A stretch of DNA of 64,000 nucleotides from IMG/VR virus record IMGVR_UViG_3300028887_000075, positions 32,001 through 96,000 of that record; one strand, given 5' to 3'. The DNA is from a virus (taxonomy: Duplodnaviria > Caudoviricetes). Every line of letters starts with the position of its first letter. Position 1 is the stretch's first letter. The notes under the pieces are model-generated. The model ran no database searches, was not told the origin of the DNA, and saw only the letters and a program-made list of their open reading frames with translations. The translations under genes and the position numbers were made by a program. Below, piece by piece: positions 38,603 to 47,143 of this stretch.

Positions 38603-39401
38603 AACCCCGGAAGCTGCCGCGGATACCGCCCGGAAGATTACGGAATGGATAAGGAAGTACTTCGAGACTACCCGAGGTACCCATGCGGTACTCGGGATGT
38701 CCGGGGGAAAGGACTCGACCATCTGCGCGAAGCTTCTTGTGGACGCGCTCGGGCCTGGCCGGGTGATTGGGGTGTTCATGCCCAACTGGGGACAGGCGGA
38801 CCTGTCCGACGCGCTCGACGCGGCGAAGGCGGCAGGCCTTACCAGGACAATGATGCTCGACATAGGCGGAGCATACGACGCCGTGGTGAATGGACTGGCT
38901 ATGGCCGGTACCGAGATAGACCGCGGGGGAAGGGCCGGCATCAACCTGGCTCCCCGCATCCGAATGGTTCACCTGTATGCCGTCGCCCAGTCGTTCGTCG
39001 ATGGCCGCGTATGCTGCACCGGCAACCTCTCTGAGGCGATGGTTGGATACTGCACCCTGTACGGCGACCTGGCAGGAGACTTCGCACCGCTTGCCGAGCT
39101 GTTCAAGGAGGATGTCTGCCTGCTAGGCAAGGCTCTAGGGCTGCCGGGCAGTCTGGTGGACAAGGTGCCGAGCGACGGGCTCAGCGGGCTTACCGACGAG
39201 GATAACCTCGGGTTTACATACGGCGACATCCGGAAGTTCTGCCTCGGCGAGATGGACATGACCTCCGAACTGGCTGCACGAATCTCCACGAAGATGAGCG
39301 CGGCTAGGTTCAAGATGGACATTGTGAGGATTCCCCGGTGGATGCCGGAAGTGTCCGAGCCGGAAGTTCCATCGTTGGTCACGTATACTTCGGCTGACTG
39401 A
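38571..39401 (+). CDS. nadE: Ammonia-dependent NAD+ synthetase
   Basis: GMSGGKDS, N..PRIRM..LY, TGNLSE..VGY.T.YGD, PSDGL..TDEDNLG; no glutaminase domain. Confidence 0.93.
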   Translation: MLRTLSLFRIETPEAAADTARKITEWIRKYFETTRGTHAVLGMSGGKDSTICAKLLVDALGPGRVIGVFMPNWGQADLSDALDAAKAAGLTRTMMLDIGGAYDAVVNGLAMAGTEIDRGGRAGINLAPRIRMVHLYAVAQSFVDGRVCCTGNLSEAMVGYCTLYGDLAGDFAPLAELFKEDVCLLGKALGLPGSLVDKVPSDGLSGLTDEDNLGFTYGDIRKFCLGEMDMTSELAARISTKMSAARFKMDIVRIPRWMPEVSEPEVPSLVTYTSAD

Positions 39402-39444
39402 GGCGACACGGACGGCGCAACCTATTCGCTCAAGGAAATCGAGA

Positions 39445-39942
39445 ATGCCTCAAATACAAAAGACGACAAGTAATATCCCAGAAAAGAAAGACCTCCGCGA
39501 ATGGTTCTACCGGTACCGGGTGCACTATGATGTGGGCTACCGGAACACGGTCGGATTCGGTTCTGATACGATAGAGCAGAAATTCCATGACCTCATAGGA
39601 GAAGCGCGGGACAAGCTGCATGCGTTATATAGGCTACCTGCGCCTAACATTATCATGCTTAACTGCATGCGGCCTATATATTTCTGTGGATGGTATGCTA
39701 CTGTAGACTTCCTTGAATGGGGACCGAACAGGACCAACAGAAACTGGCCGCATGATGTCGAAGTAGTCGACCGGCTGGTCAACTATGTCGTCGAGGGAAT
39801 GGGCGGGAAGGTAACCAACCGCGAACTGTTCGAGATGCCGATTGAACTCAAGGACGCAAGTGCCCGGCTGCTGCTTCCCTTGCAGAAGGAACAGCCGGAT
39901 ACCCAACCGGAGATTACCGAAGATGAAAACTCGCCTTTCTAG
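39445..39942 (+). CDS. Hypothetical protein
   Basis: ORF in + strand gene run. Confidence 0.6.
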   Translation: MPQIQKTTSNIPEKKDLREWFYRYRVHYDVGYRNTVGFGSDTIEQKFHDLIGEARDKLHALYRLPAPNIIMLNCMRPIYFCGWYATVDFLEWGPNRTNRNWPHDVEVVDRLVNYVVEGMGGKVTNRELFEMPIELKDASARLLLPLQKEQPDTQPEITEDENSPF

Positions 39943-40019
39943 CATATTCCGCACCATAGCGGAAATCGCGCTGCTCCCGGTAGCAGCCATAGTAACCATC
40001 ATAGCATTTAGGAACAAGA

Positions 40020-40502
40020 ATGGACGTTGAGAAGAAACAGGCGAAACTGGCGAAGGTAAATGCCGCCATAGAGAAGCTGAAGGAACAGCGGGACAACATC
40101 GAGAGGGAACTGGAGAACTCCGACCTCTCCGTATGGAACAAGAAGTTCGCCGGGAATATGCTTGCAATACACGAGCATACCATGACGAAGATGTACACTG
40201 CGTCCTCCCGCGTGCTCGGAAGCACGACATATGCAAGGGTAATCCGGTGCATGAGCCACGACAGGTTCGGCCACATCAAGCTCGAGGTATACGGAAGCGC
40301 CCAGGTAGATACCAGCGAGGATGGTGCTGTTACCCTCAAGTACAAGAACAGCGTACACGAGATTTCAATACACGAGATTGACCTGGAGAAGAAGTTCGTC
40401 GAGGTTATATCCACCGACGCTGCCTTGGCGCACATAGCGAATGCCGAGGCGTCATCCCTGTCGATAACGCGCAGGATGCGGGATATACTGAAGGAGAGAT
40501 AA
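40020..40502 (+). CDS. Hypothetical protein
   Basis: N-terminal coiled coil. Confidence 0.6.
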   Translation: MDVEKKQAKLAKVNAAIEKLKEQRDNIERELENSDLSVWNKKFAGNMLAIHEHTMTKMYTASSRVLGSTTYARVIRCMSHDRFGHIKLEVYGSAQVDTSEDGAVTLKYKNSVHEISIHEIDLEKKFVEVISTDAALAHIANAEASSLSITRRMRDILKER

Positions 40503-40503
40503 C

Positions 40504-40728
40504 ATGAAGAAACTGCTGATTTTACCATTGCTTGCAATGTTTGCAGGTTGCTGTCCGGATGATGCCCGTAAGGACGCTACGAAGCATCCGGTACATATTA
40601 CCGGACCTGGCTACGAATGCACAGGTACACTGGACCGGGCATGCACTGGTCATCACTGCGAATGGACGGTGAAGTGCCAGGATGACCGGACATATTTCAA
40701 CGCGTCAAACTTCAGTGTAGGTAACTGA
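40504..40728 (+). CDS. Small lipoprotein
   Basis: MKKLLILPLLAMFAG-C lipobox. Confidence 0.65.
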   Translation: MKKLLILPLLAMFAGCCPDDARKDATKHPVHITGPGYECTGTLDRACTGHHCEWTVKCQDDRTYFNASNFSVGN

Positions 40729-40729
40729 C

Positions 40730-41542
40730 ATGCAGAAGTTCCTCGTAGGACCCGGGATAGGCGGGGCACGTATTACATGGAAGGGAGTCAAAACCCTAGT
40801 GTACAAGTTCGGAATGGGGCTTGACCCTCTCTATGGATACAGACTGGGAGACCTGTTCGAGTCATTCGGCCGGATAGGGATAAACGACATTTTCAGCCCG
40901 CTTCTGTCCGCCTGGTGGCAGCGTTATTACTCATGTAACACCGACGCCAACTTTGAAGAACTCGAGGATGACGACTCGGTACATCTCGGGTATGGGGACG
41001 ATGAACTCCGGGAGAGACTGATTCCGTTCATAGAGGCAATGCAGGGAGACTTCGCCGATTTCGACGAGGCTAACGACGATAACCAGCTCCGCGTGGTCGA
41101 GGTGCCAGAAGGCTACCAGTGCATTGTCGTGGAGGACCCGGAGATGGGCTGCGAGACCGTACAGGAAGTCTCCCGCATGTGGCCGGTCCCCCCTGACGAC
41201 GAATGGAGAGCTATACTTGCAGTCCGCAAGTTCTGCCATGATGCCGAGGTGCACCCGGACGCAAAGATAGAGGATGGGATACCGTATCCATGCGTAGGCG
41301 TTACCATGATGTTCCTGGGAGAATACGGGGTGGCCAGGTTATCCAACGGGGACTACATGTTTCTGAAGAAGAACACCTACTACAAGGCAACCGATGACCA
41401 CGGAAAGGAATGCTTCGATATTGTCGGCGATAGGCCAAACAAGTTCATCACGGAAAGGCCGGTCAAGGACGGAAAGGCAGTTCTGGCCTATGCAGAACTG
41501 GTGAATTTGATGGAGAAACACAAGAATGATATTCAGCCTTAG
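40730..41542 (+). CDS. Hypothetical protein
   Basis: 270-aa ORF in operon. Confidence 0.6.
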   Translation: MQKFLVGPGIGGARITWKGVKTLVYKFGMGLDPLYGYRLGDLFESFGRIGINDIFSPLLSAWWQRYYSCNTDANFEELEDDDSVHLGYGDDELRERLIPFIEAMQGDFADFDEANDDNQLRVVEVPEGYQCIVVEDPEMGCETVQEVSRMWPVPPDDEWRAILAVRKFCHDAEVHPDAKIEDGIPYPCVGVTMMFLGEYGVARLSNGDYMFLKKNTYYKATDDHGKECFDIVGDRPNKFITERPVKDGKAVLAYAELVNLMEKHKNDIQP

Positions 41543-41966
41543 GAACTACTGTGACCTCGGCCGGTGTTCCCTTGGTACGCTCCGTGACCACTGGGACACC
41601 GAGAAGGACGAAATCTACCTACAGGGAAAGAAAGTCGAAATCAACCGGATAGAGGACTTGTTCCCCTTCCTGTGGCAGCCGGCAGGTTCCTGGTGCCGCG
41701 ACGGCGACAGCACAGTCTCCAACTTCGGCAGTGAGGGCACCCACTGGCACCATGACTACGACAAATCCGTGGAGAGTTGCGAGAGAAATGCCAGGAAGTA
41801 CCGGAATAAGATGGAGAAGGCAACTACAGACAGTGCCAGAGAGAAATACCGGGTGCGGTTGGAATCCGAACTGGAACATGCCGGGGCGCTCCGTAAGATG
41901 ATGGATAGGCTGGATATAGAGCTGAAGGCGCAACAGGATGCATTGATTGCCGAGAATTCCAAATGA
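41526..41966 (+). CDS. Hypothetical protein
   Basis: Overlaps upstream gene; followed by hairpin. Confidence 0.55.
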   Translation: MIFSLRNYCDLGRCSLGTLRDHWDTEKDEIYLQGKKVEINRIEDLFPFLWQPAGSWCRDGDSTVSNFGSEGTHWHHDYDKSVESCERNARKYRNKMEKATTDSAREKYRVRLESELEHAGALRKMMDRLDIELKAQQDALIAENSK

Positions 41967-41991
41967 GAAAGGCGGGTGATGCCCGCCTTCT
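41966..41991. terminator. Hairpin between convergent genes
   Basis: AAGGCGGG-TGATG-CCCGCCTT. Confidence 0.65.
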
Positions 41992-41992
41992 T

Positions 41993-42223
41993 CTATTTCC
42001 TGGCCTTGATTTCCTTGTTGTGCCCGTTGATGTCGAGCATCTTCCTGTCGAAAAGGAAGACCCTAACGAACTTGTTTCCTGTATAGTCGGTCATCCACTG
42101 CCAGGTCTTTGCGTCCTCGATGACCTGGACGTAGCAGAAGTTCGGATAACAGATATCGAACACTAGTGGCTTTGCCGGTACTAATGCAGCGATGAACAGG
42201 ATAATGAACAGGAATTTCTTCAT
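41993..42223 (-). CDS. Small secreted protein
   Basis: Signal peptide MKKFLFIILFIAALVPA. Confidence 0.55.
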   Translation of the reverse strand: MKKFLFIILFIAALVPAKPLVFDICYPNFCYVQVIEDAKTWQWMTDYTGNKFVRVFLFDRKMLDINGHNKEIKARK

Positions 42224-42774
42224 TGTATGTCTCCGTTTGTTTCAAGAATTGCGTTGTAGCCGGAAATGAGGGCATCCCCCAGTGACTCCGCCTTTGCATG
42301 CTTGTAGTATTCCATCTGCTTCAGGTGTTCCTCGGCCTTCTCCTTGGACTTGTGTGACGAGAGAATCTTTCCGGTCTTGCAGGAAACGATTGTCCACGGG
42401 GCGGATTCTCCCTTCGAGTTCTTGTGTCCCTTCTTGTAAACTACCATCTCCACCAGGGGCCTCCCGGTGACTTCCGCGGCTTCGTCCATCGGACGCCCAC
42501 GGTTGATGCGGGCTGCATGCATGATGTCCTCGCAGGAGTATGCGTCATCGAACACGTGGATGCCGTAATACATGGCAATCTGCTTCATCAGGACGCAGCG
42601 CATCATGGGGTCTCCGGATAGCGCCTGCTGCACTATGTTGGCGTCCTGATTTGCTCGGATATAGTTGTCCACCTGTGTACGGTCGAGAGCCGACTGGTCG
42701 ACAATCCAGTCTACTGTCGGGGATATCGGATGGCTAGGAGTCATCATGTCCTGGAACCACTGAAATCTTGTCAT
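42220..42774 (-). CDS. Putative virion protein with C-terminal copy of the leader motif
   Basis: Behind ATAAACT (42801-42807); ends SLGDALISGYNAILET. Confidence 0.6.
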   Translation of the reverse strand: MTRFQWFQDMMTPSHPISPTVDWIVDQSALDRTQVDNYIRANQDANIVQQALSGDPMMRCVLMKQIAMYYGIHVFDDAYSCEDIMHAARINRGRPMDEAAEVTGRPLVEMVVYKKGHKNSKGESAPWTIVSCKTGKILSSHKSKEKAEEHLKQMEYYKHAKAESLGDALISGYNAILETNGDIQ

Positions 42775-42827
42775 ATTTTTGTCTCTTTTTTAACTTCAAT
42801 AGTTTATATTTTTGCTATATTTGAGGC

Positions 42828-43130
42828 ATGCGAATCTATGACCTTTACCGAGAGGAATTCTACCGTGGACTGAAGCTCCGGCACCAGCTGATGTTCCTCT
42901 CGCTGGCAACGTTCGCCTTTGCCATGCTGCTACTTGTGATTGCCACAGTACTGGGCCTGGTAATATGGTCAATCGTGGCCGTGGTCAACATATTTGAGAA
43001 CCTATTGGCAACGTGCTTCCTGTGGGCCGGGCTGCTGTCCATAGAAGTACCGTTGCTGTTCATGTTGTGCAAAGGGCTGAACAGGTTGATGTTCGCCGAG
43101 TTCTTCACAGGCAGGAAAGAAAGATGCTAG
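42828..43130 (+). CDS. Membrane protein, probably leaderless
   Basis: Two TM segments; ATG 4 nt after class A motif. Confidence 0.6.
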   Translation: MRIYDLYREEFYRGLKLRHQLMFLSLATFAFAMLLLVIATVLGLVIWSIVAVVNIFENLLATCFLWAGLLSIEVPLLFMLCKGLNRLMFAEFFTGRKERC

Positions 43131-43699
43131 ACATACCACTAATCGTGTTCGAGGGAATCGACCACTCGGGCAAGACGACGATTTCCAAGAAACTGGCCGA
43201 GCGATACACCGAATTCAAGTGGAGCAAGGAACCCGTATTCCCGAGCTCGATGGCAGACCGGCTCAACTCTGACGAGTTCAGGGACAAGCCGGCCAAGCGA
43301 GAGGTGCTGTTCCTGAAGGGAAGGCTCGCCAAGCAGTCACTCTACCGGAGCACCCCGGTAATCCTCGACAGGTATCTCTGGAGCGGGCTTGCGTACGCCA
43401 AGGCGTTCTCCCCGGAAATCTACCCGTTCGTCCAGGAACTCTACCAGGAGTACGACATATTCAAGAAGCCGACAATCACCTTCTTCATGAGCACCCCAGT
43501 GCAGACCTGCTTCGACCGGAAGGAGCCGGAGTCCACCGAGACGATGGAGAGGCTGACCTCACTGATGCAGGCCTATATTGACACCGAGCAGTACGTGAAC
43601 ACCCCGATTGTCCTCGTTGACGGCAAGCGGAGCATCGACGAGTGCGTCGCCCAGTGCGAGGAAGAACTCAAGAAATACTGCCCGAAGTACTTCATCTAG
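43124..43699 (+). CDS. tmk: Thymidylate (dNMP) kinase
   Basis: FEGIDHSGKTT, KEP, ILDRY..S..AY. Confidence 0.85.
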   Translation: MLDIPLIVFEGIDHSGKTTISKKLAERYTEFKWSKEPVFPSSMADRLNSDEFRDKPAKREVLFLKGRLAKQSLYRSTPVILDRYLWSGLAYAKAFSPEIYPFVQELYQEYDIFKKPTITFFMSTPVQTCFDRKEPESTETMERLTSLMQAYIDTEQYVNTPIVLVDGKRSIDECVAQCEEELKKYCPKYFI

Positions 43700-43708
43700 G
43701 AGCAATAA

Positions 43709-43891
43709 ATGAACGTGATGATTATAGCCCTGGTACTGTTCACTACCGCGATGTTCGTCCTGTTCCTGATGGGCAGGCGATGCAAGCACGAGTGGCAGAA
43801 CATCCACCACATGGAGAAGGACGGGAAGTGCACCTATATCCAGCAGTGCAAGAAGTGCGGGAAGCTGAGGAAGGAAGAATTCGATGATTGA
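43709..43891 (+). CDS. Small TM + zinc-ribbon protein
   Basis: TM helix, CKHEW...CKKCG. Confidence 0.55.
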   Translation: MNVMIIALVLFTTAMFVLFLMGRRCKHEWQNIHHMEKDGKCTYIQQCKKCGKLRKEEFDD

Positions 43892-44393
43892 CGTTACCGA
43901 CAAATATGCGTTCTTCTACACTGAATGGCCTTCCAACTTCAAGCAGTGCCGCTTCGAGTACACCAGCATGTTCACCGGCGAAACCCGGGAATTCTTCTGT
44001 ACGGAACAGGCTTTCATGTGGGAGAAGGCCAACAAGTTCGGGGATTTCGACACCGCCGAGAAGATTATGCGGGCGGAAACTCCGATGACCGCCAAGGAAC
44101 TTGGACGTATAGTCAAGCCGTTCAGAACCGAAGACTGGGAACAGGTCAGATACGATGTCATGTACCGGGTAAACCTCGAGAAGTACCGGCAGAACGCCGA
44201 ATTGAGAGAAAAGCTTCTTGACCCCAGGTTCGACGGGAAGACCTTCGTCGAGGCAAGCCCGTACGATTCCATATGGGGTATCTGTCTTCCGAAGGGTTGC
44301 GACGAGCTTAATGATGAACAGAACTGGAAAGGAAGAAATTTGCTAGGGAAGGTAATTACTGATGTTAGAAACAAACTTAAAGATGAATCCTAA
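43884..44393 (+). CDS. NADAR (YbiA-like) family hydrolase
   Basis: SNF, EQAFMWEKA..FGD, AKELGR.V, VEASPYD.IWGI, G.NLLGK. Confidence 0.92.
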   Translation: MIDVTDKYAFFYTEWPSNFKQCRFEYTSMFTGETREFFCTEQAFMWEKANKFGDFDTAEKIMRAETPMTAKELGRIVKPFRTEDWEQVRYDVMYRVNLEKYRQNAELREKLLDPRFDGKTFVEASPYDSIWGICLPKGCDELNDEQNWKGRNLLGKVITDVRNKLKDES

Positions 44394-45543
44394 GGCAAAG
44401 CCGGAATTCGACTATCTTATGGTAGGCGCCGGGCTGTTCAACGCTGTACTGACCGCTAAGTTCGTGGCAGCAGGCAAGAAGGTGCTCGTCGTCGAGCGCC
44501 GCAAGGTCGTAGGCGGAAACTGCTACACTTATGACGATGACGGTATAACAGTCCACAAGTACGGGGCCCACATATTCCACACCTCCAACCGGGACGTATG
44601 GGATTTCGCCAACAAGTATGCCGATTTCCACCCGTTCGTCAACTCGCCAATCGCGATGGTCGATACCCCGAATGGAACCCAGGCATGGAACCTCCCGTTC
44701 AACATGAACACCCTTACCCGCTTCGACCCGGCTTGCCTTACACCTGCAGATGCCGAGCACCTGCTGGCTGAACTGCGTGCCCCTTTCTACAAGGACCACT
44801 ACGATAACCTCGAGGAGAAGGCCCTGTCGATGGTCGGGCTCGGAATATACGACATGTTCATCAGGGGATATACCGAGAAGCAGTGGGGAAAGCCATGCGA
44901 CGAGCTTCCCCCGGAAATCATCACGAGAATCCCGGTGCGCACCACGTATGACAACAACTACTTCAACGACGACTACCAGGGGATTCCGGTAGGGGGATAC
45001 ACCAGGTGGATTATCAACATGCTGGCCGGGTCTACCGTCCTGACAGGCATGGACTATCTTTCCAACCGGGAGAAGCTGGATTCTTCCGCCCGCATAGTGT
45101 TCTATTCCGGCCGTCCCGACGAGCTGTTCGACTACAAGCTGGGCGAGCTTGAATACCGTGGGCTCCGGTTCGAGACCGAAGATTGCCCCGGGGAGAACTA
45201 CCAGGGAGTCGCCGTGGTCAACTATCCTTCCAAGACCGTGCCATATACCAGGAAGATTGAGCACAGGCACTTCATGTCCCGAACGGAGCAGGCCAGCATC
45301 AAGAGGACCCACACTGTAGTATCCACGGAGTATCCGGTGGCCGCAGCGAAGGGAGACGATGCGTTCTACCCGGTAAATACTACGGAGAACAGGGACAGGT
45401 ATCATGAATACGTGGCGATGAAGCCGGCCAACATGGTATTTACCGGGAGACTGGGACTTAACCGTTACAACGACATGGACGACACAATCGCCCAGGCACT
45501 AGACATGGCGGAGATATTTCTAAATGCGAAAGAAACCAAGTAA
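44383..45543 (+). CDS. glf: UDP-galactopyranose mutase
   Basis: VGAG, GGNCY, HKYGAHIFHT, GYTEKQWG, YFND.YQGIP, EYP, GRLG...Y.DMD. Confidence 0.93.
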   Translation: MNPKAKPEFDYLMVGAGLFNAVLTAKFVAAGKKVLVVERRKVVGGNCYTYDDDGITVHKYGAHIFHTSNRDVWDFANKYADFHPFVNSPIAMVDTPNGTQAWNLPFNMNTLTRFDPACLTPADAEHLLAELRAPFYKDHYDNLEEKALSMVGLGIYDMFIRGYTEKQWGKPCDELPPEIITRIPVRTTYDNNYFNDDYQGIPVGGYTRWIINMLAGSTVLTGMDYLSNREKLDSSARIVFYSGRPDELFDYKLGELEYRGLRFETEDCPGENYQGVAVVNYPSKTVPYTRKIEHRHFMSRTEQASIKRTHTVVSTEYPVAAAKGDDAFYPVNTTENRDRYHEYVAMKPANMVFTGRLGLNRYNDMDDTIAQALDMAEIFLNAKETK

Positions 45544-45844
45544 ACCGAATTACGAGGTCGGCATCTACCTTGCCGGCTCGAAAGCGTTCATGCCCCTCTA
45601 CCAGTGCATGTGCCTGGTCGAGGCGATAAACGCGACCACCAAGATGAAGGCGGCCCTCCCGGTGCTCCCGGCGAAGATGGCCAAGATTGGATGGCAGAAG
45701 TGCGACAACTACGACCCGGACTGCGGCGTGTGGCGTGCCAGGAAAATCATGGAGGCAACCGGGATGGAACAGATGCAGGCTGACGAACTGCAGGATGCCA
45801 TCGACTCCCTCCCAGTATCATTCAAGGAGGAAAGAGATGTTTGA
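45524..45844 (+). CDS. Hypothetical protein
   Basis: ORF in operon. Confidence 0.55.
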   Translation: MRKKPSKPNYEVGIYLAGSKAFMPLYQCMCLVEAINATTKMKAALPVLPAKMAKIGWQKCDNYDPDCGVWRARKIMEATGMEQMQADELQDAIDSLPVSFKEERDV

Positions 45845-46097
45845 TGTGAAGGATAGTGCACAGATGGGCACTTACCGAGTGAAGTTCCGTGTCAACGGTA
45901 GAAGCTACTACGCCGGGGAATACCAGGCGAGGTCGGTGGAGGCAGGAAAGCCGAAGGCCATGGAGCTTCTCAGCAGGAGGCGCCTGAGGACACTGGACGG
46001 GGCGGAGATAGAGAATGCCGGAGGCCAGGCGGTTGCCCTGCTCCGCATGGACGCGTTCCGCGCCGGAAGGATTGAGTTCATTACAGTGAGGTCATAG
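45837..46097 (+). CDS. Hypothetical protein
   Basis: AGGAGG RBS; start reassigned to MFDVKDS. Confidence 0.55.
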   Translation: MFDVKDSAQMGTYRVKFRVNGRSYYAGEYQARSVEAGKPKAMELLSRRRLRTLDGAEIENAGGQAVALLRMDAFRAGRIEFITVRS

Positions 46098-46228
46098 AAT
46101 GATGTTCTACGTGGAAATCAAGAACGACAAGGGTGAATACGAGCCGGTAGGCATGATGCCCCTGGACAAGGCGCTAGAGTACTCTTGGACACACCAGCAC
46201 CGCGCCGTGCACCTGCAGAAGGTAGCCG

Positions 46229-46663
46229 ATGGCAAGGAAAAAGACTGACCCCCATGTAGATATCGACTGGAACCGCTGGCACGGCATAGTCATGGAGAGC
46301 GTACTGGCGTTCTCGTTGGACGCGACACTGTACCTGTGCAACACGCTCGGCATACGCCACTTCTCCAAGGACGAATGCGGTGAGCACGAGATGGTTACTG
46401 CGGAGACCCTGCAGAGGGAAATGTTCAGCATAGCCGAGGAGATGCTGAGAATACACCTGGGTGGCAACATGGACCTTCCCCGGCGTACAGCCAGCGACCG
46501 CAACGTGTTCTTCGACGAGGCGGGCACCCTCACCACCCAGCTGGAGCTGTGGACGGACTCTACGAGCCGGCTTAGCATCCCGTACGTCGAGTTCAAGCTG
46601 TATACTGAACCGGGTAACGAGGTTCTGGCAATCAATTTCATACTGACGGGACAGATATTCTAA
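46229..46663 (+). CDS. Hypothetical protein
   Basis: ORF in operon. Confidence 0.55.
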   Translation: MARKKTDPHVDIDWNRWHGIVMESVLAFSLDATLYLCNTLGIRHFSKDECGEHEMVTAETLQREMFSIAEEMLRIHLGGNMDLPRRTASDRNVFFDEAGTLTTQLELWTDSTSRLSIPYVEFKLYTEPGNEVLAINFILTGQIF

Positions 46664-46717
46664 TGTTCGCCGTCCTCGCATTCGTCGCCATCGTAGTCAC
46701 TATAGAAATCGTCCGTC

Positions 46718-46924
46718 ATGTCGGATAAGGATAAAAATATGGAAAGGACCCACAACAAATGGATTGCGTTCATGCTGTGTTTCTTCGGGGGATTCCTCGG
46801 ACTGCACAGGTTCTACGAGGGAAAAGTCGCCACCGGTATCATCTGGCTGTTAACCGCAGGCTTCTTCGGAGTCGGCTGGATTATCGACCTCATTCTCATC
46901 GTGATGAAGCCAGAAACATACTAA
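46718..46924 (+). CDS. TM2-domain membrane protein
   Basis: LC.FGG.LGLHRFY.GK..TG..WL.T.G.FG.GW..DL. Confidence 0.88.
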   Translation: MSDKDKNMERTHNKWIAFMLCFFGGFLGLHRFYEGKVATGIIWLLTAGFFGVGWIIDLILIVMKPETY

Positions 46925-46969
46925 AAAATTGCTATATTTGTGGAAACGAAATCACACAAGGAGTTTAAG

Positions 46970-47140
46970 ATGAAGTTCCCAAAAATCAAGTTCCCGAAAA
47001 TCAAGTTCGCCAAGCCCAAGTTCAATGTGGACAACGTCCTCAAGTGGGCCCAGTACGGAACCTACGCGTACATCGTCGTGCGCATCGTCATCTACCTCGT
47101 CCAGCAGCTCAAGAAGCTCACCTTCAAGAAGAGCGCATAG
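46970..47140 (+). CDS. Small basic membrane protein
   Basis: KFPKI repeats plus TM; AAGGAG RBS behind class A promoter. Confidence 0.55.
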   Translation: MKFPKIKFPKIKFAKPKFNVDNVLKWAQYGTYAYIVVRIVIYLVQQLKKLTFKKSA

Positions 47141-47143
47141 CGG

